64,000 bases of DNA from Antedon mediterranea (taxonomy: Eukaryota; Animalia; Echinodermata): the NCBI RefSeq assembly GCF_964355755.1, contig NC_092675.1, positions 12,643,812 to 12,707,811 of the forward strand, in the 5' to 3' direction. Of this stretch, positions 26,501-41,600 are shown piece by piece; position 1 is the first letter of the stretch; each line of letters opens with the position of its first letter. The notes under the pieces were generated by a model. That model saw nothing but the letters and a program-made list of their open reading frames with translations, was not told the origin of the DNA and made no database searches. A program made the position numbers and the translations under genes.

Positions 26501-29500
26501 ACCAAAGTGCTTAGAATCACATTATAAACCGTTTTAGACCATTTTGAGCATTTCGATAACAATTTTCACACAAAAACATCAAAGAGCACAAAATAGCTTA
26601 ATATCGTATTTAAACATGTTTTAGACCATTTTGAGCATTTAGATAAAACTTTTTCACACAAAACACCAAAGTGCTTAGAATAGCTTCAAATCGCATTTGG
26701 AGACGTTTTAGACCATTTTGTGATTTTTGAAAAAACTTGTTAACATAAAAACACCAAAGTGCTTAGAATAGCTTCAAATCACATTTGGAGACGTTTTAGA
26801 CCATTTTGTGATTTTCGAAAAAACTTGTTAACATAAAAACACGAAAGTGCTTAGAATAGCTTCAAATCGCATTTGGAGACGTTTTAGACCATTTTGTGAT
26901 TTTCGAAAAAACTTGTTAACATAAAAACACGAAAGTGCTTAGAATAGCTTCAAATCGCATTTGGAAACGTTTTAGACCATTTTGTGATTTCCGAAAAAAA
27001 TTGTTAACATAAAAACACCAAAGTGTTTAGAATTGCTTCAAATCGCATTTGGAGACGTTTTAGACCAATTTGTGATTTTCGAAAAAACTTATCAACATAA
27101 AAACACCAAAGGGTTTAGAATAGCTTCAAATCGCATTTGGAGACGTTTTAGACCATTTTGTGATTTTCGAAAAAACTTGTTAACATAAAAACACCAAAGT
27201 GCTTAGAATAGCTTCAAATCGTATTTGGAGACGTTTTAGACCATTTTGAGATTTTCGAAAAAACTTGGTTACACAAAAACATCAAAGTGCTTAAAATTAC
27301 ATTATAAACCGTTTTAGACCATTTTGAACATTTCGATAACACTTTCACACAAAAACATCAAAGAGCACAAAATAGCTTAATATCGTATTTAAAAACGTTT
27401 TAGACCATTTTGAGCATTTCGACAAAACTTTTTCACACAAAACACAAAAGTGCTTAGAATAGCTTCAAATCGCATTTGGAGACGTTTTAGACCAATTTGT
27501 GCATTTCGATGAAACTTGATTACACAAAAACATCAACGTGCTTAAAATCACATTATAAACCGTTTTAGACCATTTTGAGCATATCGATAACACTTTTCAC
27601 ACAAAAACATCAAAGAGCACAAAATAGCTTAATATCGTATTTAAAAACGTTTTAGACCATTTTGAGCATTTAGACAAAACTTTTTCACAAAAAACACCAA
27701 AGTGCTTAGAATAGCTTCAAATAACATTTGGAGACGTTTTAGACCATTTTGTGCATTTCGATGAAACTTGGTTACACAAAAACATCAAAGTGCTTAAAAT
27801 CACATTATAAATCGTTTTAGACCATTTTGAGCATTTCGACAAAACTTTTTCACACAAAATATCAAAGGGCTTAGAATAGCTTCAAATCGCATTTGGAGAC
27901 GTTTTAGACCATTTTGTGATTTTCGAAAAAACTTTTTAACATAAAAACACCAAAGTGCTTAGAATAGCTTCAAATCACATTTGGAGACGTTTTAGACCAT
28001 TTTGTGATTTTCGAAAAAACTTGTTAACATAAAAACACGAAAGTGCTTAGAATAGCTTCAAATCGCATTTGGAAACGTTTTAGACCATTTTGTGATTTTC
28101 GAAAAAAATTGTTAACATAAAAACACCAAAGTGCTTAGAATCACATTATAAACCGTTTTAGACCATTTTGAGCATTTCGATAACAATTTTCACACAAAAA
28201 CATCAAAGAGCACAAAATAGCTTAATATCGTATTTAAAAATGTTTTAGACCATTTTGAGCATTTAGATAAAACTTTTTCACACAAAACACCAAAGTGCAT
28301 TTGGAGACGTTTTAGACCATTTTGTGATTTTTGAAAAAACTTGTTAACATAAAAACACCAAAGTGCTTAGAATAGCTTACATTCGCATTTGGAGACGTTT
28401 TAGACCAATTTGTGATTTTTGAAAAAACTTGTTAACATAAAAACACCAAAGTGCTTAGAATAGCTTCAAATCACATTTGGAGACGTTTTAGACCATTTTG
28501 TGATTTTGAACAAACTTGTTAACATAAAAACACCAAAGTGCTTAGAATAGCTTCAAATCGCATTTGGAGACGTTTTAGACCATTTTGTGATTTTCGAAAA
28601 AACTTGTTAACATAAAAACACCAAAGTGCTTAGAATAGCTTCAAATCGTATTTGGAGACGTTTTAGACCATTTTGAGATTTTCGAAAAAACTTGGTTACA
28701 CAAAAACATCAAAGTGCTTAAAATCACATTATAAACCGTTTTAGACCATTTTGAGCATTTCGATAACACTTTTCACACAAAAACATCAAAGAGCACAAAA
28801 TAGCTTAATATCGTATTTAAAAACGTTTTAGACCATTTTGAGCATTTCGACAAAACTTTTTCACACAAAACACCAAAGTGCTTAGAATAGCTTCAAATCG
28901 CATTTGGAGACGTTTTAGACCAATTTGTGCATTTCGATGAAACTTGATTACACAAAAACATCAAAGTGCTTAAAATCACATTATAAACCGTTTTAGACCA
29001 TTTTGAGCATTTTGATAACACTTTTCACACAAAAACATCAAAGAGCACAAAATAGCTTAATATCGTATTTAAAAACGTTTTAGACCATTTTGAGCATTTA
29101 GACAAAACTTTTTCACACAAAACACCAAAGTGCTTAGAATAGCTTCAAATCGCATTTGGAGACGTTTTAGACCATTTTGTGCATTTCGATGAAACTTGGT
29201 TACACAAAAACATCAAAGTGCTTAAAATCACATTATAAATCGTTTTAGACCATTTTGAGCATTTCGACAAAACTTTTTCACACAAAATACCAAAGTGCTT
29301 AGAATAGCTTCAAATCGCATTTCGAGACGTTTTAGACCATTTTGTGATTTTCGAAAAAACTTTTTAACATAAAAACACCAAAGTGCTTAGAATAGCTTCA
29401 AATCACATTTGGAGACATTTTAGACCATTTTGTGATTTTCGAAAAAACTTGTTAACATAAAAACACGAAAGTGCTTAGAATAGCTTCAAATCGCATTTGG

Positions 29501-32500
29501 AAACGTTTTAGACCATTTTGTGATTTTCGAAAAAAATTGTTAACATAAAAACACCAAAGTGCTTAGAATCACATTATAAACCGTTTTAGACCATTTTGAG
29601 CATTTCGATAACAATTTTCACACAAAAACATCAAAGAGCACAAAATAGCTTAATATCGTATTTAAAAATGTTTTAGACCATTTTGAGCATTTAGATAAAA
29701 CTTTTTCACACAAAACACCAAAGTGCTTAGAATAGCTTCAAATCGCATTTGGAGACGTTTTAGACCATTTTGTGATTTTTGAAAAAACTTGTTAACATAA
29801 AAACACCAAAGTGCTTAGAATAGCTTCAAATCACATTTGGAGACGTTTTAGACCATTTTGTGATTTTCGAAAAAACTTTTTAACATAAAAACACCAAAGT
29901 GCTTAGAATAGCTTCAAATCACATTTGGAGACGTTTTAGACCATTTTGTGATTTTTGAAAAAACTTGTTAACATAAAAACACGAAAGTGCTTAGAATAGC
30001 TTCAAATCGCATTTGGAAACGTTTTAGACCATTTTGTGATTTTCGAAAAAGATTGTTAACATAAAAACACCAAAGTGCTTAGAATCACATTATAAACCGT
30101 TTTAGACCATTTTGAGCATTTCGATAACAATTTTCACACAAAAACATCAAAGAGCACAAAATAGCTTAATATCGTATTTAAAAATGTTTTAGACCATTTT
30201 GAGCATTTAGATAAAACTTTTTCACACAAAACACCAAAGTGCTTAGAATAGCTTCAAATCGCATTTGGAGACGGTTTAGACCATTTTGTGATTTTGAAAA
30301 AACTTGTTAACATAAAAACACCAAAGTGCTTAGAATAGCTTCAAATCGCATTTGGAGACGTTTTAGACCATTTTGTGATTTTCGAAAAAACTTGTTAACA
30401 TAAAAACACCAAAGTGCTTAGAATAGCTTCAAATCGTATTTGGAGACGTTTTAGACCATTTTGAGATTTTCGAAAAAACTTGGTTACACAAAAACATCAA
30501 AGTGCTTAAAATCACATTATAAACCGTTTTAGACCATTTTGAGCATTTCGATAACACTTTTCACACAAAAACATCAAAGAGCACAAAATAGCTTAATATC
30601 GTATTTAAAAACGTTTTAGAACATTTTGAGCATTTCGACAAAACTTTTTCACACAAAACACCAAAGTGCTTAGAATAGCTTCAAATCGCATTTGGAGACG
30701 TTTTAGACCATTTTGTGCATTTCGATGAAACTTGATTACACAAAAACATCAAAGTGCTTAAAATCACATTATAAACCATTTTAGACCATTTTGAGCATTT
30801 CGATAAAACTTTTCACACAAAAACATCAAAGAGCACAAAATAGCTTAATATCGTATTTAAAAACGTTTTAGACCATTTTGAGCATTTAGACAAAACTTTT
30901 TCACACAAAACACCAAAGTGCTTAGAATAGCTTCAAATCGCATTTGGAGACGTTTTAGACCATTTTGAGCATTTCGATGGAACTTGGTTACACAAAAACA
31001 TCAAAGTGCTTAAAATCACATTATAAATCGTTTTAGACCATTTTGAGCATTTCGACAAAACTTTTTCACACAAAATACAAAAGTGCTTAGAATAGCTTCA
31101 AATCGCATTTGGAGACGTTTTAGACCATTTTGTGATTTTCGAAAAAACTTTTTAACATAAAAACACCAAAGTGCTTAGAATAGCTTCAAATCACATTTGG
31201 AGACGTTTTAGACCATTTTGTGATTTTCGAAAAAACTTGTTAACATAAAAACACGAAAGTGCTTAGAATAGCTTCAAATCGCATTTAGAAACGTTTTAGA
31301 CCATTTTGTGATTTTCGAAAAAAATTGTTAACATAAAAACACCAAAGTGCTTAGAATCACATTATAAACCGTTTTAGACCATTTTGAGCATTTCGATAAC
31401 AATTTTCACACAAAAACATCAAAGAGCACAAAATAGCTTAATATCGTATTTAAAAATGTTTTAGACCATTTTGAGCATTTAGATAAAACTTTTTCACACA
31501 AAACACCAAAGTGCTTAGAATAGTTTCAAATCGCATTTGGAGACGTTTTAGACCAATTTGTGATTTTTGAAAAAACTTGTTTACATAAAAACACCAAAGT
31601 GCTTAGAATAGCTTCAAATCACATTTGGAGACGTTTTAGACCATTTTGTGATTTTGAACAAACTTGTTAACATAAAAACACCAAAGTGCTTAGAATAGCT
31701 TCAAATCGCATTTGGAGACGTTTTAGACCATTTTGTGATTTTCGAAAAAACTTGTTAACATAAAAACACGAAAGTGCTTAGAATAGCTTCAAATCGCATT
31801 TGGAAACGTTTTAGACCATTTTGTGATTTTCGAAAAAGATTGTTAACATAAAAACACCAAAGTGCTTAGAATCACAATATAAACCGTTTTAGACCATTTT
31901 GAGCATTTCGATAACAATTTTCACACAAAAACATCAAAGAGCACAAAATAGCTTAATATCGTATTTAAAAATGTTTTAGACCATTTTGAGCATTTAGATA
32001 AAACTTTTTCACACAAAACACCAAAGTGCTTAGAATAGCTTCAAATCGCATTTGGAGACGGTTTAGACCATTTTGTGATTTTGAAAAAACTTGTTAACAT
32101 AAAAACACCAAAGTGCTTAGAATAGCTTCAAATCGCATTTGGAGACGTTTTAGACCATGTTGTGATTTTCGAAAAAACTTGTTAACATAAAAACACCAAA
32201 GTGCTTAGAATAGCTTCAAATCGTATTTGGAGACGTTTTAGACCATTTTGAGATTTTCGAAAAAACTTGGTTACACAAAAACATCAAAGTGCTTAAAATC
32301 ACATTATAAACCGTTTTAGACCATTTTGAACATTTCGATAACACTTTTCACACAAAAACATCAAAGAGCACAAAATAGCTTAATATCGTATTTAAAAACG
32401 TTTTAGACCATTTTGAGCATTTCGACAAAACTTTTTCACACAAAACACCAAAGTGCTTAGAATAGCTTAAAATCGCATTTGGAGACGTTTTAGACCAATT

Positions 32501-33000
32501 TGTGCATTTCGATGAAACTTGATTACACAAAAACATCAACGTGCTTAAAATCACATTATAAACCGTTTTAGACCATTTTGAGCATTTCGATAACACTTTT
32601 CACACAAAAACATCAAAGAGCACAAAATAGCTTAATATCGTATTTAAAAACGTTTTAGACCATTTTGAGCATTTAGACAAAACTTTTTCACACAAAACAC
32701 CAAAGTGCTTAGAATAGCTTCAAATCGCATTTGGAGACGTTTTAGACCATTTTGTGCATTTCGATGAAACTTGGTTACACAAAAACATCAAAGTGCTTCA
32801 AATGACATTATAAATCGTTTTAGACCATTTTGAGCATTTCGACAAAACTTTTTCACACAAAATACCAAAGGGCTTAGAATAGCTTCAAATCGCATTTGGA
32901 GACGTTTTAGACCATTTTGTGATTTTCGAAAAAACTTTTTAACATAAAAACACCAAAGTGCTTAGAATAGCTTCAAATCACATTTGGAGACGTTTTAGAC

Positions 33001-36000
33001 CATAAGTGCTTAGAATCACATTATAAACCGTTTTAGACCATTTTGAGCATTTCGATAACAATTTTAACACAAAAACATCAAAGAGCACAAAATAGCTTAA
33101 TATCGTATTTAAAAATGTTTTAGACCATTTTGAGCATTTAGATAAAACTTTTTCACACAAAACACCAAAGTGCTTAGAATAGCTTACATTCGCATTTGGA
33201 GACGTTTTAGACCAATTTGTGATTTTTGAAAAAACTTGTTAACATAAAAACACCAAAGTGCTTAGAATAGCTTCAAATCACATTTGGAGACGTTTTAGAC
33301 CATTTTGTGATTTTGAACAAACTTGTTAACATAAAAACACCAAAGTGCTTAGAATAGCTTCAAATCGCATTTGGAGACGTTTTAGACCATTTTGTGATTT
33401 TCGAAAAAACTTGTTAACATAAAAACACCAAAGTGCTTAGAATAGCTTCAAATCGTATTTGGAGACGTTTTAGACCATTTTGAGATTTTCGAAAAAACTT
33501 GGTTACACAAAAACATCAAAGTGCTTAAAATCACATTATAAACCGTTTTAGACCATTTTGAGCATTTCGATAACACTTTTCACACAAAAACATCAAAGAG
33601 CACAAAATAGCTTAATATCGTATTTAAAAACGTTTTAGACCATTTTGAGCATTTCGACAAAACTTTTTCACACAAAACACCAAAGTGCTTAGAATAGCTT
33701 CAAATCGCATTTGGAGACGTTTTAGACCAATTTGTGCATTCCGATGAAACTTGATTACACAAAAACATCAAAGTGCTTAAAATCACATTATAAACCGTTT
33801 TAGACCATTTTGAGCATTTCAATAACACTTTTCACACAAAAACATCAAAGAGCACAAAATAGCTTAATATCGTATTTAAAAACGTTTTAGACCATTTTGA
33901 GCATTTAGACAAAACTTTTTCACACAAAACACCAAAGTGCTTAGAATAGCTTCAAATCGCATTTGGAGACGTTTTAGACCATTTTGTGCATTTCGATGAA
34001 ACTTGGTTACACAAAAACATCAAAGTGCTTAAAATCACATTATAAATCGTTTTAGACCATTTTGAGCATTTCGACAAAACTTTTTCACACAAAATACCAA
34101 AGTGCTTAGAATAGCTTCAAATCGCATTTGGAGACGTTTTAGACCATTTTGTGATTTTCGAAAAAACTTTTTAACATAAAAACACCAAAGTGCTTAGAAT
34201 AGCTTCAAATCACATTTGGAGACGTTTTAGACCATAAGTGCTTAGAATCACATTATAAACCGTTTTAGACCATTTTGAGCATTTCGATAACAATTTTAAC
34301 ACAAAAACATCAAAGAGCACAAAATAGCTTAATATCGTATTTAAAAATGTTTTAGACCATTTTGAGCATTTAGATAAAACTTTTTCACACAAAACACCAA
34401 AGTGCTTAGAATAGCTTCAAATCGCATTTGGAGACGTTTTAGACCAATTTGTGATTTTTGAAAAAACTTGTTAACATAAAAACACCAAAGTGCTTAGAAT
34501 AGCTTCAAATCACATTTGGAGACGTTTTAGACCATTTTGTGATTTTGAAAAAACTTGTTAACATAAAAACACCAAAGTGCTTAGAATAGCTTCAAATCGC
34601 ATTTGGAGACGTTTTAGACCATTTTGTGATTTTCGAAAAAACTTGTTAACATAAAAACACCAAAGTGCTTAGAATAGCTTCAAATCGTATTTGGAGACGT
34701 TTTAGACCATTTTGAGATTTTCGAAAAAACTTGGTTACACAAAAACATCAAAGTGCTTAAAATCACATTATAAACCGTTTTAGACCATTTTGAGCATTTC
34801 GATAACACTTTTCACACAAAAACTTCAAAGAGCACAAAATAGCTTAATATCGTATTTAAAAACGTTTTAGACCATTTTGAGCATTTCGACAAAACTTTTT
34901 CACACAAAACACCAAAGTGCTTAGAATAGCTTCAAATCGCATTTGGAGACGTTTTAGACCAATTTGTGCATTTCGATGAAACTTGATTACACAAAAACAT
35001 CAAAGTGCTTAAAATCACATTATAAACCGTTTTAGACCATTTTGAGCATTTCGATAAAACTTTTCACACAAAAACATCAAAGAGCACAAAATAGCTTAAT
35101 ATCGTATTTAAAAACGTTTTAGACCATTTTGAGCATTTAGACAAAACTTTTTCACACAAAACACCAAAGTGCTTAGAATAGCTTCAAATCGCATTTGGAG
35201 ACGTTTTAGACCATTTTGTGCATTTCGATGGAACTTGGTTACACAAAAACATCAAAGTGCTTAAAATCACATTATAAATCGTTTTAGACCATTTTGAGCA
35301 TTTCGACAAAACTTTTTCACACAAAATACAAAAGTGCTTAGAATAGCTTCAAATCGCATTTGGAGACGTTTTAGACCATTTTGTGATTTTCGAAAAAACT
35401 TTTTAACATAAAAACACCAAAGTGCTTAGAATAGCTTCAAATCACATTTGGAGACGTTTTAGACCAATTTGTGATTTTCGAAAAAACTTGTTAACATAAA
35501 AACACGAAAGTGCTTAGAATAGCTTCAAATCGCATTTAGAAACGTTTTAGACCATTTTGTGATTTTCGAAAAAAATTGTTAACATAAAAACACCAAAGTG
35601 CTTAGAATCACATTATAAACCGTTTTAGACCATTTTGAGCATTTCGATAACAATTTTCACACAAAAACATCAAAGAGCACAAAATAGCTAAATATCGTAT
35701 TTAAAAATGTTTTAGACCATTTTGAGCATTTAGATAAAACTTTTTCACACAAAACACCAAAGTGCTTAGAATAGCTTCAAATCGCATTTGGAGACGTTTT
35801 AGACCAATTTGTGATTTTTGAAAAAAATTGTTAACATAAAAACACCAAAGTGCTTAGAATAGCTTCAAATCACATTTGGAGACGTTTTAGACCATTTTGT
35901 GATTTTGAACAAACTTGTTAACATAAAAACACCAAAGTGCTTAGAATAGCTTCAAATCGTATTTGGAGACGTTTTAGACCATTTTGTGATTTTCGAAAAA

Positions 36001-37980
36001 ACTTGGTTACACAAAAACATCAAAGTGCTTAAAATCACATTATAAACCGTTTTAGACCATTTTGAGCATTTCGATAACACTTTTCACACAAAAACATCAA
36101 AGAGCACAAAATAGCTTAATATCGTATTTAAAAACGTTTTAGACCATTTTGAGCATTTCGACAAAACTTTTTCACACAAAACACCAAAGTGCTTAGAATA
36201 GCTTCAAATCGCATTTGGAGACGTTTTAGACCAATTTGTGCATTTCGATGAAACTTGATTACACAAAAACATCAAAGTGCTTAAAATCACATTATAAACC
36301 GTTTTAGACCATTTTGAGCATTTCGATAACACTTTTCACACAAAAACATCAAAGAGCACAAAATAGCTTAATATCGTATTTAAAAACGTTTTAGACCATT
36401 TTGAGCATTTAGACAAAACTTTTTCACACAAAACACCAAAGTGCTTAGAATAGCTTCAAATCGCATTTGGAGACGTTTTAGACCATTTTGTGCATTTCGA
36501 TGAAACTTGGTTACACAAAAACATCAAAGTGCTTAAAATCACATTATAAATCGTTTTAGACCATTTTGAGCATTTTGACAAAACTTTTTCACACAAAATA
36601 CCAAAGTGCTTAGAATAGCTTCAAATCGCATTTGGAGACGTTTTAGACCATTTTGTGATTTTCGAAAAAACTTTTTAACATAAAAACACCAAAGTGCTTA
36701 GAATAGCTTCAAATCACATTTGGAGACGTTTTAGACCATAAGTGCTTAGAATCACATTATAAACCGTTTTAGACCATTTTGAGCATTTCGATAACAATTT
36801 TAACACAAAAACATCAAAGAGCACAAAATAGCTTAATATCGTATTTAAAAATGTTTTAGACCATTTTGAGCATTTAGATAAAACTTTTTCACACAAATCA
36901 CCAAAGTGCTTAGAATAGCTTCAAATCGCATTTGGAGACGTTTTAGACCAATTTGTGATTTTTGAAAAAACTTGTTAACATAAAAACACCAAAGTGCTTA
37001 GAATAGCTTCAAATCACATTTGGAGACGTTTTAGACCATTTTGTGATTTTGAACAAACTTGTTAACATAAAAACACGAAAGTGCTTAGAATAGCTTCAAA
37101 TCGCATTTGGAGACGTTTTAGACCATTTTGTGATTTTCGAAAAAACTTGTTAACATAAAAACACCAAAGTGCTTAGAATAGCTTCAAATCGTATTTGGAG
37201 ACGTTTTAGACCATTTTGAGATTTTCGAAAAAACTTGGTTACACAAAAACATCAAAGTGCTTAAAATCACATTATAAACCGTTTTAGACCATTTTGAGCA
37301 TTTCGATAACACTTTTCACACAAAAACATCAAAGAGCACAAAATAGCTTAATATCGTATTTAAAAACGTTTTAGACCATTTTGAGCATTTCGACAAAACT
37401 TTTTCACACAAAACACCAAAGTGCTTAGAATAGCTTCAAATCGCATTTGGAGACGTTTTAGACCAATTTGTGCATTTCGATGAAACTTGATTACACAAAA
37501 ACATCAAAGTGCTTAAAATCACATTATAAACCGTTTTAGACCATTTTGAGCATTTCGATAACACTTTTCACACAAAAACATCAAAGAGCACAAAATAGCT
37601 TAATATCGTATTTAAAAACGTTTTAGACCATTTTGAGCATTTAGACAAAACTTTTTCACACAAAACACCAAAGTGCTTAGAATAGCTTCAAATCGCATTT
37701 GGAGACGTTTTAGACCATTTTGTGCATTTCGATGAAACTTGGTTACACAAAAACATCAAAGTGCTTAAAATCACATTATAAATCGTTTTAGACCATTTTG
37801 AGCATTTCGACAAAACTTTTTCACACAAAATACCAAAGTGCTTAGAATAGCTTCAAATCGCATTTCGAGACGTTTTAGACCATTTTGTGATTTTCGAAAA
37901 AACTTTTTAACATAAAAACACCAAAGTGCTTAGAATAGCTTCAAATCACATTTGGAGACGTTTTAGACCATAAGTGCTTA
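33001..37980. repeat. 1232-bp deletion derivative of the higher-order repeat, marked by the junction AGACCATAAGTGCTTAG
   Basis: CATAAG junctions lie at 33001, 34233, 36737 and 37969 (spacings 1232, 2504, 1232), and also at 50952 and 60489. The junction corresponds to loss of 128 bp (compare the intact 14298-14425). 1360 - 128 = 1232. Confidence 0.88.
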
Positions 37981-40189
37981 GAATCACATTATAAACCGTT
38001 TTAGACCATTTTGAGCATTTCGATAACAATTTTCACACAAAAACATCAAAGAGCACAAAATAGCTTAATATCGTATTTAAAAATGTTTTAGACCATTTTG
38101 AGCATTTAGATAAAACTTTTTCACACAAAACACCAAAGTGCTTAGAATAGCTTCAAATCGCATTTGGAGACGTTTTAGACCATTTTGTGATTTTTGAAAA
38201 AACTTGTTAACATAAAAACACCAAAGTGCTTAGAATAGCTTCAAATCACATTTGGAGACGTTTTAGACCATTTTGTGATTTTCGAAAAAACTTGTTAACA
38301 TAAAAACACGAAAGTGCTTAGAATAGCTTCAAATCGCATTTGGAAACGTTTTAGACCATTTAGTGATTTTCGAAAAAACTTGTTAACATAAAAACACGAA
38401 AGTGCTTAGAATAGCTTCAAATCGCATTTGGAAACGTTTTAGACCATTTTGTGATTTTCGAAAAAAATTGTTAACATAAAAACACCAAAGTGTTTAGAAT
38501 AGCTTCAAATCGCATTTGGAGACGTTTTAGACCAATTTGTTATTTTCGAAAAAACTTATCAACATAAAAACACCAAAGGGTTTAGAATAGCTTCAAATCG
38601 CATTTGGAGACGTTTTAGACCATTTTGTGATTTTCGAAAAAACTTGTTAACATAAAAACATGAAAGTGCTTAGAATAGCTTCAAATCGTATTTGGAGACG
38701 TTTTAGACCATTTTGTGATTTTCGAAAAAACTTGTTAACATAAAAACACCAAAGTGCTTAGAATAGCTTCAAATCGCATTTGGAGACGTTTTAGACCATT
38801 TTGTGCATTTCGATGAAACTTGGTTACACAAAAACATCAAAGTGCTTAAAATCACATTATAAACCATTTTAGACCATTTTGAGCATTTCGATAACACTTT
38901 TCACACAAAAACATCAAAGAGCACAAAATAGCTTAATATCGTATTTAAAAACGTTTTAGACCATTTTGAGCATTTCGACAAAACTTTTTCACACAAAACA
39001 CCAAAGTGCTTAGAATAGCTTCAAATCGCATTTGGAGACGTTTTAGACCATTTTGTGATTTTCGAAAAAACTTGTTAACATAAAAACATCAAAGTGTACA
39101 GAATAACTTCAAATCGCATTTGGAGACCTTTTTAGGCCAATTTGTGATTTTCAAAAAAACTTGTTAACATAAAAACACCAAAGTGCTTAGAATAGCTTCA
39201 AATCGTATTTGGAGACATTTTAGACCAATTTGTGATTTTCGAAAAAAACTTGTCAACATAAAAACACCAAAGTGTTTAGAATAGCTTCAAATCGCATTTG
39301 GAGACGTTTTAGACCAATTTGTGATTTTCGAAAAAACTTATCAACATAAAAACACCAAAGGGTTTAGAATAGCTTCAAATCGCATTTTGAGACGTTTTAG
39401 ACCATTTTGTGATTTTCGAAAAAACTTGTTAACATAAAAACACGAAAATGCTTAGAATAGCTTCAAATCGCATTTGGAAACGTTTTATTCCATTTTGTGA
39501 TTTTCGAAAAAAATTGTTAACATAAAAACACCAAAGTGCTTAGAATCACATTATAAACCGTTTTAGACCATTTTGAGCATTTCGATAACAATTTTCACAC
39601 AAAAATATCAAAGAGCACAAAATAGCTTAATATCGTATTTAAAAATGTTTTAGACCATTTTGAGCATTTAGATAAAACTTTTTCACACAAAACACCAAAG
39701 TGCTTAGAATAGCTTCAAATCGGATTTGGAGACGTTTTAGACCATTTTGTGATTTTTGAAAAAACTTGTTAACATAAAAACACCAAAGTGCTTAGAATAG
39801 CTTCAAATCACATTTGGAGACGTTTTAGACCATTTTGTGATTTTCGAAAAAAACTTGTCAACATAAAAACACCAAAGTGTTTAGAATAGCTTCAAATCGC
39901 ATTTGGAAACGTTTTAGACCATTTAGTGATTTTCGAAAAAACTTGTTAACATAAAAACACGAAAGTGCTTAGAATAGCTTCAAATCGCATTTGGAAACGT
40001 TTTAGACCATTTTGTGATTTTCGAAAAAAATTGTTAACATAAAAACATGAAAGTGCTTAGAATAGCTTCAAATCGTATTTGGAGACGTTTTAGACCATTT
40101 TGTGATTTTCGAAAAAACTTGTTAAACATAAAAACACCAAAGTGCTTAGAATAGCTTCAAATCGCATTTGGAGACGTTTTAGACCATTT

Positions 40190-41600
40190 TTTGCATTTCG
40201 ATGAAACTTGGTTACACAAAAACATCAAAGTGCTTAAAATCACATTATAAACCATTTTAGACCATTTTGAGTATTTCGATAACACTTTTCACACAAAAAC
40301 ATCAAAGAGCACAAAATAGCTTAATATCGTATTTAAAAACGTTTTAGACCATTTTGAGCATTTCGACAAAACTTTTTCACACAAAACACAAAAGTGCTTA
40401 GAATAGCTTCAAATCGCATTTGGAGACGTTTTAGACCATTTTGTGATTTTCGAAAAAACTTGTTAACATAAAAACATCAAAGTGTACAGAATAACTTCAA
40501 ATCGCATTTGGAGACCGTTTTAGGCCAATTTGTGATTTTCGAAAAAACTTGTTAACCTAAAAATACCAAAGTGTTTAGAATAGCTTCAAATCGCATTTGG
40601 AGACGTTTTAGACCATTTTGTAATTTTCGAAAAAAATTGTTAACATAAAAACACCAAAGTGCTTCAAATCGCATTTGGAGACATTTTAGACCAATTTGTG
40701 ATTTTTGAAAAAACTTGTTAACATAAAAACACCAAAGTGCTTACAATAGCTTCAAATCGTATTTGGAGACGTTTTAGACCATTTTGTGATTTTCGAAAAA
40801 ACTTGTTAACATAAAAACACGAAAGTACTTAGAATAGCTTCAAATCGCATTTGGAGACGTTTTAGACCATTTTATGCATTTCGATGAAACTTGGTTACAC
40901 AAAAACATCAAAGTGCTTAAAATCACATTATAAACCATTTTAGACCATTTTGAGTATTTCGATAACACTTTTCACACAAAAACATCAAAGAGCACAAAAT
41001 AGCTTAATATCGTATTTAAAAACGTTTTAGACCATTTTGAGCATTTCGACAAAACTTTTTCACACAAAACACCAAAGTGCTTAGAATAGCTTCAAATCGC
41101 ATTTGGAGACGTTTTAGACCATTTTGTGATTTTCGAAAAAACTTGTTAACATAAAAACATCAAAGTGTACAGAATAACTTCAAATCGCATTTGGAGACCG
41201 TTTTAGGCCAATTTGTGATTTTCGAAAAAACTTGTTAACCTAAAAATACCAAAGTGTTTAGAATAGCTTCAAATCGCATTTGGAGACGTTTTAGACCATT
41301 TTGTGATTTTCGAAAAAACTTGTTAACATAAAAACACCAAAGTGCTTCAAATCGCATTTGGAGACATTTTAGACCAATTTGTGATTTTTGAAAAAACTTG
41401 TTAACATAAAAACACCAAAGTGCTTACAATAGCTTCAAATCGTATTTGGAGACGTTTTAGACCATTTTGTGATTTTCGAAAAAACTTGTTAACATAAAAA
41501 CACGAAAGTACTTAGAATAGCTTCAAATCGCATTTGGAGACGTTTTAGACCATTTTATGCATTTCGATGAAACTTGGTTACACAAAAACATCAAAGTGCT
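40190..41600. repeat. Tandem duplication of a 683-bp eight-monomer unit (boundaries approximate)
   Basis: The rare variants GAGTATTTCG (T at 40272 and 40955) and ATAACTTC (40491 and 41174) recur at 683 bp. Confidence 0.85.
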
